Source of the DNA: Patescibacteria group bacterium
Lineage (GTDB): Bacteria > Patescibacteriota > Patescibacteriia > Magasanikbacterales > GWA2-37-8
Assembly (NCBI GenBank): GCA_022710645.1
Contig: JAKLGL010000001.1
Coordinates: 100,152 to 164,151, forward strand
Reading direction: 5' to 3'
Length of the DNA stretch: 64,000 nucleotides
Shown: one piece after another, positions 1 through 8,795 of the stretch
How the letters are laid out: each line of letters begins with the position of its first letter
Numbering within the stretch: position 1 is the first letter of the stretch
Notes under the pieces: model-generated
What the model was told of the DNA's origin: nothing
Databases searched by the model: none
Seen by the model: the letters and a program-made list of their open reading frames with translations, nothing else
Position numbers and translations under genes: made by a program

Positions 1-2
1 TG

Positions 3-41
3 CAAGAAAGCGGTTTTAGCTTGCCGGGAATGGGTAACTAA
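3..41 (+). CDS. C-terminal tail of a YbaB/EbfC-like nucleoid-associated protein (partial, begins outside the window)
   Basis: Frame 3 reads ...QESGFSLPGMGN* and ends 10 nt before recR. A Gly/Met-rich LPGM-type tail and ybaB-recR synteny are typical. Confidence 0.3.
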   Translation, partial: QESGFSLPGMGN

Positions 42-51
42 AATCTATCTT

Positions 52-651
52 ATGTATTCCTCTTCAATAAATAATCTTATTGAAGCTCTCAAAAAACTAC
101 CTTCCGTGGGACAACGCACCGCGGAAAGGTTTGTTTTTTATTGGTTAAAATCCGGCAAAAAAGAAGTGAACGAACTGCGCGAAGCTCTCAACAATCTTTT
201 ACAAAACACCAAAAGCTGCGAAGTCTGTTGGAATTTTGACGATATCTCCCCTTGTCGTATTTGCGAAGATATAAAAAGGCAAAAAGAAACCGTTTGCGTA
301 GTGTCTGAAACACAAGATTTGGCAGCTATAGAAAACACTCGCGAATATTCCGGTCTATACCATGTTTTGCGCGGCAATATCAACGCCGACGATACTGAAA
401 CGGAAATAAAAAATTTAAAAATAGAAGAATTAAAAAACAGAATCAAACAGCATCCGGAAATAAAAGAAATAATTTTGGCTCTTTCTCCGGATCTTGCCGG
501 CGAAACGACAATGATGTATCTCAAAAAAGAACTTTTACAAATCAGACCGGATTTGAAAATTACCAGATTAGCTCGTGGTTTACCTCTGGGCTCGGATCTG
601 CAATATGCGGATGAAATAACCCTTATCAGCGCATTGAAAAACAGAAATTAA
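52..651 (+). CDS. recR: Recombination protein RecR
   Basis: N-terminal HhH region (LPSVGQRTAERFVFY), C4 zinc finger CEVCWNFDDISPCRIC and a Toprim-like C-terminus. 199 aa. Confidence 0.9.
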   Translation: MYSSSINNLIEALKKLPSVGQRTAERFVFYWLKSGKKEVNELREALNNLLQNTKSCEVCWNFDDISPCRICEDIKRQKETVCVVSETQDLAAIENTREYSGLYHVLRGNINADDTETEIKNLKIEELKNRIKQHPEIKEIILALSPDLAGETTMMYLKKELLQIRPDLKITRLARGLPLGSDLQYADEITLISALKNRN

Positions 652-678
652 AAAATCCGCCTTACAGCGGATTTTTTG
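651..678. terminator. Bidirectional intrinsic terminator between convergent recR and the nucleotidyltransferase gene
   Basis: aaaaATCCGCcttacaGCGGATtttttt: a stem flanked by an A-run and a T-run. Confidence 0.6.
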
Positions 679-700
679 TCATTCTGAGTGTTAACGAAGA

Positions 701-722
701 ACCTGCCTGCCGGCAGGCAGGT
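701..722. repeat. Perfect 22-bp palindrome ACCTGCCTGCCGGCAGGCAGGT
   Basis: Read directly from the sequence. It is GC-rich, lies in the convergent intergenic region, and is a second hairpin after the terminator. Confidence 0.7.
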
Positions 723-797
723 CTGTAACAAGCAAAGACTTTAATTCAAAATTTTCCTTACTTACAGATCCTTCACTATGTTCAGGATGACAACCAA

Positions 798-1892
798 TTA
801 CACCTCTATCACCGTCTGCTCACCGATAATCATTCTACGACATTCATCGGTACGTTTTTTGATAACTTCAGCTTTTTCACCGACTATACTTTCGGTAAAC
901 TTAAGAGGGCAATCCAAAGTGCAATTTTTCAATATTATAGAATTGCTAACTTGAGCGTTTTTGATAATACAACCCGAACCTATAGTGGCATAAGGCCCTA
1001 TGATACAGTTTTCCAAAACACAATTTTCGCCGATGGTAACTGGCCCGATAATTTGAACATCGTTTCGAACCGTTGTCCCGGCCCCGATATGAACTTTTCC
1101 GGAAATTTTTGCCCCCTCTTCAATTTGCCCTTGAACACTAAACTCTTCTTCTTTTAATTCGTCGAGTAACAACTTATTGGCCAAAATCAAATCGTGAGGT
1201 TGTCCGGTATCTTTCCACCAGCCGGTTATTTCTTTATATCCGACTTTATAATTATTTTTCAAAAAATGAGAGTGAACACTGCTAATTTCATATTCACCGC
1301 GAGAACTTTTTTCTATATTATCAAAGGCTTTGAAAAAAACTTCCGGCCCGTAAATATATATACCGGTCACTGCAAAACTATTCGGCGGATTTTCCGGCTT
1401 TTCCAAGACATCCACCAATTCGTTTTTTTCATTAAACACAGGAACACCAAAAGCTTTCGGATTTGGCACTGATGACAAAGCCAACATGCAATCATATTTA
1501 TTTTCCATAAATTCCGCCACCATAGGCTTCAAATCCCCCAAAACGACATTATCGGACAGAAAAAAAATAAAAGGATCTTTACCAATAAATTTTTCCGCTT
1601 GTTTCACCACATGAGCCACACCCTGTGGTCCGCCTTCCTGTTCAAAATAAGTTATTTTCACTCCCCAGTGTCCCCCGTCGCCGATATATTTTTGCAATTC
1701 CGTATCTCCGGGATTCACGTTTATAAATATTTCTTCCACACCGGCATCTACCACTTTTTGGATAGCATGAAAAATCATCGGTTTATTGGCCAAAGGAATC
1801 AAGTGTTTGTTGATGGTAGAAGTAATCGGACGCAATCTGGTTGCTCTTCCCCCGCCGGTTAAAATGGCTTTACGAACTCTTTTTATAGACAT
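798..1892 (-). CDS. Sugar-1-phosphate nucleotidyltransferase, long form (glucose-1-phosphate thymidylyltransferase-like with a C-terminal left-handed beta-helix)
   Basis: ILTGGGRATRLRPITSTINKHLIPLANKPMI nucleotidyltransferase motif, and hexapeptide-repeat (LbH) C-terminal half. Start set at the ATG at 1892 (MSIKRV...); the track start at 1928 is a TTG. Confidence 0.8.
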   Translation of the reverse strand: MSIKRVRKAILTGGGRATRLRPITSTINKHLIPLANKPMIFHAIQKVVDAGVEEIFINVNPGDTELQKYIGDGGHWGVKITYFEQEGGPQGVAHVVKQAEKFIGKDPFIFFLSDNVVLGDLKPMVAEFMENKYDCMLALSSVPNPKAFGVPVFNEKNELVDVLEKPENPPNSFAVTGIYIYGPEVFFKAFDNIEKSSRGEYEISSVHSHFLKNNYKVGYKEITGWWKDTGQPHDLILANKLLLDELKEEEFSVQGQIEEGAKISGKVHIGAGTTVRNDVQIIGPVTIGENCVLENCIIGPYATIGSGCIIKNAQVSNSIILKNCTLDCPLKFTESIVGEKAEVIKKRTDECRRMIIGEQTVIEV

Positions 1893-1894
1893 AC

Positions 1895-2998
1895 TTACCA
1901 AAAAATTATTCTTTTTACAACCTGCCAATAAGCGTTCATCAACGGATTGCCAACGTTTTTCAAAAGCGGACTATCCGTGCTTTTATCTTCAAATACTACT
2001 TTACCGGTGACTGTTTTTAACAATTCTCCATCTTTAATTTTACGTATATTTTGAACGTAACGACGTTTTTTCAACCACAATCGCCAATGAGACGGATAGA
2101 ACCAATATTTATAAGCTAAAAACTTTTCTTTTAACCAGCCGTTTTTCCAAGCGAATATTAGCAATCCGCCTTCCAAAATCAAAGCCATTGGTAAAAACAA
2201 CAACAGTGTCGGTATTTTGAAAAAAGTCATCATTAATCCATAACGATTTCTTTCTATAAAATAGAATTTTTCTTTGTTTCGGGAAAAAGCGTATTTATGA
2301 TAAAAGATAGAATCGGGCACGACAATTACTTTATAACCGGCCATTTTCAAACGAAAAGAATATTCTATATCCTCGTGATAAAGAAAATAATCTTCATCCC
2401 ACAATCCGTATTCTTTTAATAAATCGGTTCGGATAAGCATGGCCGCCCCGCTGGCATAAGTAATTTCTTTGTTTTCTTTCAAATCCGTATCAACTCTGCG
2501 TTTTCGAAAATCATTACAAAAACCTATACCGAGATATTGAAAGGCATTACCGGAAGTGTTTATAAGTTCCGTTTCCGGAAACATCATAATCAAAGATTGA
2601 GCTATAGCTATATTTTTGTCTTTTTCCATCGCTTCAATCAAAGGTTCAAAAGCATTAACAGTGACAAAGCCGTCATTATTGTGAATATAAGTATAATCAA
2701 AACCATTTTCCATTGCCCATTTTATTCCGACATTATTACCGCCGGCAAAACCCAAATTTTCTTTTTGTGGCAAAATTGTCACATGCGGGAAATCGCTTCC
2801 GCCGATTAAAGGTGAAAACACTTCATTCAAAAAAGGAACCGAGGAACCGAATTTTGGATGCGGATTGTCAACAATAACTAACTCCAACTTATCTTTGGGA
2901 TAAGTTACTTTTTTCAAAGCCGAAATCACGTCGTCGATATATGGCTCGCAATGAAAAGATAGATAAATTATAGCTATTTTGGGATAATTAGAGAGCAT
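1895..2998 (-). CDS. Glycosyltransferase family 2
   Basis: GT-A N-terminal domain (IAIIYLSFHCEPYIDDVISALKK, LELVIVDNP.). First of four consecutive co-oriented GT2 genes. Confidence 0.8.
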   Translation of the reverse strand: MLSNYPKIAIIYLSFHCEPYIDDVISALKKVTYPKDKLELVIVDNPHPKFGSSVPFLNEVFSPLIGGSDFPHVTILPQKENLGFAGGNNVGIKWAMENGFDYTYIHNNDGFVTVNAFEPLIEAMEKDKNIAIAQSLIMMFPETELINTSGNAFQYLGIGFCNDFRKRRVDTDLKENKEITYASGAAMLIRTDLLKEYGLWDEDYFLYHEDIEYSFRLKMAGYKVIVVPDSIFYHKYAFSRNKEKFYFIERNRYGLMMTFFKIPTLLLFLPMALILEGGLLIFAWKNGWLKEKFLAYKYWFYPSHWRLWLKKRRYVQNIRKIKDGELLKTVTGKVVFEDKSTDSPLLKNVGNPLMNAYWQVVKRIIFW

Positions 2999-3827
2999 AA
3001 TATTTATTTTTACCGCGCCATTTCCACAAATATTTAAACCAACTGGCCAAATGGTAACGGGAAGTTTTATTTTTTAACAAGGCTTTGAAAATACCCGGAA
3101 TCTTGGCCGATTGACGCTCATGGCGATGTAATATCACTATATCATGGACATAGTAAACCGGCCAACCATGCTCCCACATATTATGACACCAGTCGCAATC
3201 TTCCAAATACATAAAATAACGCGGATCAAACCAGCCGATTTGGTCCACTACTTCTTTTCTTACTACCATGGCCGCGCCCAATACCCAATCCACCGGTCGG
3301 GTTTCGTTATGATCAAAATCTTTCATTATCAAATAATCGGAATATTTCTTCACCCATTCGTATTTTTTATCGAAATTTATTTGTTTGAGAGGTTTGATAA
3401 AAATAGCGCGAAAATCAAAACGATAACAAGTATATTGTAAAGTTCCGTCCATATTGAGCAGCTTCGGACCGATACAGCCGATTTTCGGATGTTCATCCAT
3501 AAATTTTACCAATCTTTCTATCGTATTGCTATTTTCCGGAATTATAGTATCACGATTGATAGCGAAATAATAACGAGCCGGAGTCGCTTCAAAACCGGCT
3601 TTATTACCGGCGCCAAAACCGATATTGCCGCCATTATCAATATATTTCACCTGTGGAAATTTTTCCGCCAAAGCTTCTTTGATATTATCTTTGTTTTGCG
3701 AATTGTCCGTAACTGTAATTTGAACTGTATAAGGACAAGAAGCGACATCTTTAACCAAAGAATCGACAGCACCTACAATGTCGTCTTTCATCAAATAATT
3801 TACAAATACTATTGTGATGTCTTTCAT
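2988..3827 (-). CDS. Glycosyltransferase family 2
   Basis: ITIVFVNY...VTDNSQNKD GT-A fold with DxD-type motifs. Overlaps the previous gene by 11 nt, so operon-like. Confidence 0.8.
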   Translation of the reverse strand: MKDITIVFVNYLMKDDIVGAVDSLVKDVASCPYTVQITVTDNSQNKDNIKEALAEKFPQVKYIDNGGNIGFGAGNKAGFEATPARYYFAINRDTIIPENSNTIERLVKFMDEHPKIGCIGPKLLNMDGTLQYTCYRFDFRAIFIKPLKQINFDKKYEWVKKYSDYLIMKDFDHNETRPVDWVLGAAMVVRKEVVDQIGWFDPRYFMYLEDCDWCHNMWEHGWPVYYVHDIVILHRHERQSAKIPGIFKALLKNKTSRYHLASWFKYLWKWRGKNKYYAL

Positions 3828-3830
3828 ATT

Positions 3831-4874
3831 TTATTTCCACCATTTTCTTAAATCTTTTGAAGAGGTCTTTCTTATTTTTTTGATTTCTTTTCTTTTGTTT
3901 CTTAAATCTTTTCTCATTAACCAAACATCTCCCAAACCTTTCAGAATTTTCAAATCAAAGATGGCAAAATAAACCAACTTCTTCAATTCATACCACGCAA
4001 TAAAAATAAAATCAAGCCAAAAATTTTTACTATCTTCATTTTTATATAAAGTCATCAAATGATTGCGGTAGCTGTAATATTTCACCCACGGACTGTGTTT
4101 TTTCTTATTTTGCATTGCCGCCCAATCGTTTTTTTCTTTCGGACCGGCTCCGGCTCTGTCGTGGTAAGCAACGATATTTAACATTACAAAAGAGGAATAT
4201 CCGGCAAGGCGTAAACGCCAAGCCAAATCTACATCTTCTTTGTAGGAATGATAGCTTTCATCAAGCACCTGTCCATTACTGAATAAAACATTTTTTATAG
4301 CTTCGCGACGATACATTGGAAAAGCTCCGGACACACCAAATACTTCCAAAACATTATTATTGCCAAAATTGCTTTTTATCTCTTCCCAATTTTCTCCCGT
4401 ATATTGTTCTATTACGCGACGATTACGAAAAACTTTCAATCCCAGTGCATCCACCATAGAGGAAAAAGTCGCTTGTAAACCTTTTTCCATTTCACAAAAA
4501 TTCCAACGCATTAATCGCGGAGAAACTCCGGCTACGGTAGAATTTTTATCCAAAAAATCAACCATCTTTTCTAAAACTGTATTTTCTAAATACATATCTT
4601 GGTTGAGAAGTAAAAAATATTCGGTTTCATTTTCTCTAAACAAGATATTATGTCCTTTGGCAAAACCATGGTTTTCTTTCTCTTTAAAAAACTTTACCGG
4701 CACGGGAAAATTTGTAATTTCTTTTTCAATAACTTCCACGGTGTTATCGGTAGAATTATTATCCAAAATTTGCAATTCCCAATCAAAAAAAGTTTGTTTA
4801 CGCAGTGAATCAAAAAGATAAGGCAGATATTTCGCCCCGTTCCAAGTAACCAAATTGACAGCAAGTTTACTCAT
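3831..4874 (-). CDS. Glycosyltransferase family 2
   Basis: VNLVTWNGAKYLPYLFDSLRKQTF.DWELQILDNNSTDNT. Confidence 0.8.
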   Translation of the reverse strand: MSKLAVNLVTWNGAKYLPYLFDSLRKQTFFDWELQILDNNSTDNTVEVIEKEITNFPVPVKFFKEKENHGFAKGHNILFRENETEYFLLLNQDMYLENTVLEKMVDFLDKNSTVAGVSPRLMRWNFCEMEKGLQATFSSMVDALGLKVFRNRRVIEQYTGENWEEIKSNFGNNNVLEVFGVSGAFPMYRREAIKNVLFSNGQVLDESYHSYKEDVDLAWRLRLAGYSSFVMLNIVAYHDRAGAGPKEKNDWAAMQNKKKHSPWVKYYSYRNHLMTLYKNEDSKNFWLDFIFIAWYELKKLVYFAIFDLKILKGLGDVWLMRKDLRNKRKEIKKIRKTSSKDLRKWWK

Positions 4875-4875
4875 A

Positions 4876-5754
4876 CTATAAATACGGTTTTATCTTTTCT
4901 TTTTCTTTCTTTTTCAAAACAATTTTCAACCAAACCAAAAATATGGCTACTGGCCTAAAAATTGCAATCCAAATCCATTTATACCAGGGCTCCCATTTTT
5001 GAAAATACTTTAACATACTGGCGGTAAAAATTTTCTGCTTCCACAAATTATTTTGCTGTTTAAAACTTTGCCCGACCAGATCCACACAAGAAGCTGCCGG
5101 GGTATAAAAAATCTTCAAACCCATTTTTTTTATTTCCCGGCACAAATCAATATCTTCAAACCAAATAAAATAACGAGGATCAAAACCCCACCCCAATTTA
5201 TCCAAAGTGGTTTTGCGCAACAACATAAAAGCGCCACGAACCGTTTCCACCTCTTGTTCAACTTCCGGATTAAAATCTTTCATTAAATATTTATCCAAAA
5301 CTTTCGGAAATAAGTGTGGAATTTTGAGTAACAAAGCTAGTTGATCCATTAACCCCGGATAACGTCTGGGTTTGGCCCCTTCGTTAAAAAGGCCATCTTG
5401 AGTGGTCAGTTTGCAACTCAATAACCCAATATCACGGCGCTGATCCATCATTTCACAGAGCTTTAACAAAGAACCCGGTTCCACTTCATTGTCCGGATTC
5501 AAAAACAAAACATAACCGCCGGTGGCGATTTGATAGCCTTGATTATTAGCCGCGCTAAAACCTAAATTTTCTTTATTTAAAATCAATTTAACTTGCGGAT
5601 ATTTTTTGACAATTTCTATCGTATTATCCGTCGAACCGTTATCTACTATAATTTGTTCCGATTCCAAATCCACTGCGCCTTTTTGAACGCTTTCTATCTG
5701 TTTTACAATTGAAGATGCATTATTCCAAGTAACTGTGATTACAGAAATTTTCAT
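4876..5754 (-). CDS. Glycosyltransferase family 2
   Basis: ISVITVTWNNASSIVKQIESVQKG...IIVDNGSTDNT. Confidence 0.8.
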   Translation of the reverse strand: MKISVITVTWNNASSIVKQIESVQKGAVDLESEQIIVDNGSTDNTIEIVKKYPQVKLILNKENLGFSAANNQGYQIATGGYVLFLNPDNEVEPGSLLKLCEMMDQRRDIGLLSCKLTTQDGLFNEGAKPRRYPGLMDQLALLLKIPHLFPKVLDKYLMKDFNPEVEQEVETVRGAFMLLRKTTLDKLGWGFDPRYFIWFEDIDLCREIKKMGLKIFYTPAASCVDLVGQSFKQQNNLWKQKIFTASMLKYFQKWEPWYKWIWIAIFRPVAIFLVWLKIVLKKKEKEKIKPYL

Positions 5755-5755
5755 A

Positions 5756-6814
5756 TTATTTCAATTTCTTCTTCAAAAAATCAACAAAAGGTATGGCGGT
5801 CGGATCAATATCTTCCACTATGGCGGAATAAAAACTCAGATAAGAGCTTACTAATAAAATTTCCATTGCTTGGGCCAAAGCGGATTTTTCGTGTGTTTTG
5901 ATTGTGACAAAATTTATTTTATTCATTTTCAAAACTTCTTTGGTCAAAGATATGCGTTGTTTTATCTTGTCCGAATACAAATCTGATTCCAAAAATATGA
6001 ACAACAGATTATTTTTATTGCTTTTCGGATTTATCATCCCTTCGAGCAAATGATGGTTGAGCTCGGGAAGTAAAAAATATCCGCCAAAACGTTTAGCATT
6101 TTCATTCATTTGATTGGCGGCGATATGCGCGGAACCTCCCAAATGAGAAGAACCGATAAACCACACGGATTTGTCTTTGGTCTTTTCGGCAACATCTTTT
6201 ACAAGATTTTTTGTTTTAACCCCGAATTTTTTATTTAATCCCCCTATCAACTTCGGAATTCTTTTCAAATCCTCTGTTTTTGTTTTTAATAAACCCAATT
6301 TAGCAAACAAATAAATTTGTCCGACTATTGAATACCCTAACCCCATTCGCGGTGAGCCGCATGGATTGTTGTTGGTGGTAAAAATCAAAGCCGGATATTT
6401 TTCTTTTTTGGCAAGAGCCTCAAGTTTTCCTCCGGCGGAAATCACGGTGATTTTACATTTTTTCTTTTTGGCCTCAGTGGCGCAAGATAAAACTTCTTCC
6501 GTATTGCCGGAATAACTGCTAAGTATCACCAAAGTGTTTTTATTCGCAAATCCGGGCAACTGATAACCGTTAACAATACTGAGCGGAATTTTCAAATCGT
6601 TTTTATATACACTTTTTATCAGATGCGCGCCCAGAGCTGATCCACCCATCCCGCAGACAACCACATTTTCAAATTTTTTATAATTTTTCGGGATTTTAAT
6701 ATTTTTTACCGCTTTCCCGACTTCTTTTATTTGTTCGCCCAAAAGTTCAATACTACCGAGCATGTTTTTACTGTCTAGTTGTTTGATTTTAGCTAAATTA
6801 TCTAATATTTTCAT
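5756..6814 (-). CDS. Bifunctional phosphoglucose/phosphomannose isomerase (SIS-domain, archaeal-type)
   Basis: Two SIS domains (VVCGMGGSALGAHL and FIGSSHLGGSAHIAANQMNENAKR). About 350 aa, typical of the PGI/PMI family. Confidence 0.7.
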   Translation of the reverse strand: MKILDNLAKIKQLDSKNMLGSIELLGEQIKEVGKAVKNIKIPKNYKKFENVVVCGMGGSALGAHLIKSVYKNDLKIPLSIVNGYQLPGFANKNTLVILSSYSGNTEEVLSCATEAKKKKCKITVISAGGKLEALAKKEKYPALIFTTNNNPCGSPRMGLGYSIVGQIYLFAKLGLLKTKTEDLKRIPKLIGGLNKKFGVKTKNLVKDVAEKTKDKSVWFIGSSHLGGSAHIAANQMNENAKRFGGYFLLPELNHHLLEGMINPKSNKNNLLFIFLESDLYSDKIKQRISLTKEVLKMNKINFVTIKTHEKSALAQAMEILLVSSYLSFYSAIVEDIDPTAIPFVDFLKKKLK

Positions 6815-6871
6815 AAATTTTTTGGTTAAAAAGGTTAATCTGATTTTAACACCAAAAAACGGTTTTGTAAA

Positions 6872-6900
6872 TAAAAAAACCGCCCACCTGAAGTGAGCGG
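6872..6900 (-). terminator. Hairpin plus T-run terminator downstream of the 152-aa cassette gene
   Basis: Minus strand: ACCGCTCACttcagGTGGGCGGTttttttt, with one mismatch in the stem. Confidence 0.5.
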
Positions 6901-6926
6901 TAAACCCCTATGAAAGAGGCTTAGGA

Positions 6927-7385
6927 TTAGGAACAGAGAAGCTGAGAAAGGTCGGCCAGTTCGAGGATCTTGACCTTTTCGGGCTGAACCGGGGAAAGGT
7001 ACGCATCGTAATTGATGATGCGGTTTCGATCCTTTTGGAACAAGGTGACGATCCACCAGACCTCGTTATCGATCTGGATCGAACCATCGGCATTGACCTC
7101 GATCTTAATGCCTTTTTTCTCGGCATTGGTCAACGAGAACCTCTTACCATCGGAGCAGATGATTCCGGCGATTTTCTCGTCGGGCACCGCGGTCTCACCC
7201 TTGGCGTTGACATACGCCAAGTTGGTCGGGCACGGGAAAGCGCGATCGGGCTCGGCCACGATCAAGGGCTGTCCGTACTGACCCATGATGACCTCGTAGA
7301 ACTGTCTCTTCCCGTCCGGGGAAAGATTGGTAATACTGTACTTGCCTTCACCTGCATCCAGACCCCACTGAAGATAATGTTTCAT
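6927..7385 (-). CDS. Hypothetical 152-aa cytoplasmic protein, compositionally foreign (cassette a)
   Basis: No signal peptide. Markedly higher G+C with C/G-ending codons (gtc, atc, gac, aag, gag) unlike its neighbours. RBS GAGAGG lies before the ATG at 7385. It has the family promoter and its own terminator. Confidence 0.7.
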   Translation of the reverse strand: MKHYLQWGLDAGEGKYSITNLSPDGKRQFYEVIMGQYGQPLIVAEPDRAFPCPTNLAYVNAKGETAVPDEKIAGIICSDGKRFSLTNAEKKGIKIEVNADGSIQIDNEVWWIVTLFQKDRNRIINYDAYLSPVQPEKVKILELADLSQLLCS

Positions 7386-7435
7386 GTCTACCTCTCTTAA
7401 GAAAAGTTGATAAAACAGTTAAAGAACACGAAGTC

Positions 7436-7464
7436 AGAGTAGCACATTTTGACGATTTTGTCAA
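7436..7464 (-). promoter_or_regulatory. Family promoter module, copy a (TTGACA-17-TACTCT)
   Basis: Minus strand reads TTGACAAAATCGTCAAAATGTGCTACTCT. The -35 and spacer are identical to copies e and f; the -10 is degenerate here. Confidence 0.65.
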
Positions 7465-7508
7465 GATTAAAACAAAAAACAGCCCTGTTCGGGCCGTTTT
7501 TTCATTTA

Positions 7509-8363
7509 TTATTTCAAATATTCTCTCAAGGCTTCTTGCCAACTTCTCTGTGGCGACATTTTTGTATTCAAAAGCTCCGAATAAACCGGTCTTTTGGCTG
7601 GACGAGGAAATTTATCTCCACTTACAGGTGTAGTATCAATTTGTATATTTTTAATTTTAAAAGTTTCTAACGCTAATTCATACCAACTACAAACTCCGGT
7701 ATTGGCACCGTGATAAATGCCGTAAGATTTATTTTCTTCCAATAATTTTCGGGTAAAGATTGCTAAATCCGGGGCATAGGTCGGACAACTGATTTCCTCA
7801 TCCACCAAATCCAAGTGTGTTTTTCCACCTTCAGTTGCGAGCCAAATCATCATATCAACAAAACTTTTTTTGGCCCCTTCCGCAATTGCCGGCTTACCAA
7901 ATAATTTGGATAAACGGATTAAATAATATTTTTCTCCCTGTTCTTTCAATAATTTTTCTCCCACCGCTTTTGTTTCTCCGTATTTATCAACCGGATTTAA
8001 TTCACTATTTTCATCATAACCTTCTTTTTTATCTCCATAAAAAACATAGTCAGAAGAATAATGAACAAAAACTATATTTTGTTCTTTGCAAATTTTAGCC
8101 ATTTCCCCTACTGCTTCACTATTGATTTTTCGCGCCAATTCAAAAATCGTAGAATCTTCTTCTATTTTATCAACCGCATTTATGGCCGTAGCATTGATCA
8201 AAACATCCGGTTTTAATCCTTTTATTTTATCACTTAGCATTTCTAAATTTCCTACGTCAATATCTTCTTTATCCCAAAGTACGGTTTCATAACCGTGATT
8301 TTTAAACTCTTCCGTCAAAGCTTGACCGAGCATTCCTTTGTAACCCAAAATCAAAACTTTCAT
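7509..8363 (-). CDS. rmlD: dTDP-4-dehydrorhamnose reductase
   Basis: MKVLILGYKGMLGQALTEEF... Rossmann N-terminus, about 284 aa of RmlD architecture, within a dTDP-sugar cluster. Confidence 0.85.
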   Translation of the reverse strand: MKVLILGYKGMLGQALTEEFKNHGYETVLWDKEDIDVGNLEMLSDKIKGLKPDVLINATAINAVDKIEEDSTIFELARKINSEAVGEMAKICKEQNIVFVHYSSDYVFYGDKKEGYDENSELNPVDKYGETKAVGEKLLKEQGEKYYLIRLSKLFGKPAIAEGAKKSFVDMMIWLATEGGKTHLDLVDEEISCPTYAPDLAIFTRKLLEENKSYGIYHGANTGVCSWYELALETFKIKNIQIDTTPVSGDKFPRPAKRPVYSELLNTKMSPQRSWQEALREYLK

Positions 8364-8364
8364 A

Positions 8365-8781
8365 TTAAGCTTTTAATTTTTCATCTCTTATTTTCAAATA
8401 TTCTTCGTAATTTTCTATATAATCACTCCTATCAGGATTGTAATTTGTCGAAGAAATAGCCAAGAGAATGGCATCGGAACTAAAATTTTTGAAATGGTGC
8501 CACACGTAACCGGGTACATAAAGTGCGTCAGTCGGGCCTATCATCGAAATTTCTTCCAATCCGTTTCCTTTGTCTATCACCGCCGTGCAAGTACCGGACA
8601 ATAAAATAAACAACTCTTCCTCCACTTTATGACAATGTGCGCCGGTCGGAGCTTGAACATTGGTAATATAATAAACTCTTTTAACTTCAAAATCTACATA
8701 ATCTTTGAGTTCCACCGGACTCATGATAAATTTGCCCGGGACTTCTATTTTTTTTATGGAAAATTGTTGAAATTTTTGCAT
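8365..8781 (-). CDS. WxcM/FdtA-like cupin, probable dTDP-4-keto-6-deoxyhexose 3,4-ketoisomerase
   Basis: About 138-aa cupin with a VKRVYYITNV...HCHK..EELF motif pattern like FdtA/QdtA. It sits between rmlD and rmlB. Confidence 0.55.
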   Translation of the reverse strand: MQKFQQFSIKKIEVPGKFIMSPVELKDYVDFEVKRVYYITNVQAPTGAHCHKVEEELFILLSGTCTAVIDKGNGLEEISMIGPTDALYVPGYVWHHFKNFSSDAILLAISSTNYNPDRSDYIENYEEYLKIRDEKLKA

Positions 8782-8795
8782 AAGTAAATTATTAA

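Noticed and set aside
138-524. 128-aa minus-strand ORF inside recR
   Set aside because: It is fully antisense to a well-supported recR reading frame, with low-complexity translation and no RBS.
798-1928. Longer start for the nucleotidyltransferase (and similarly for murB 45005-46060 and the radical SAM 54596-55654)
   Set aside because: The extended N-termini begin at TTG/GTG, overlap neighbouring genes and lack an RBS. Internal ATG starts give canonical N-termini (MSIKRV..., MNELYK..., MKKCKLP...).
6835-7400. ORFs 6835-7056(-), 6908-7126(-), 7012-7281(+) and 7035-7400(+) overlapping the 152-aa gene
   Set aside because: They are alternative-frame or antisense ORFs that stay open only because of the locally high GC. 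Only the 6927-7385 frame has an RBS, the family promoter and a terminator.
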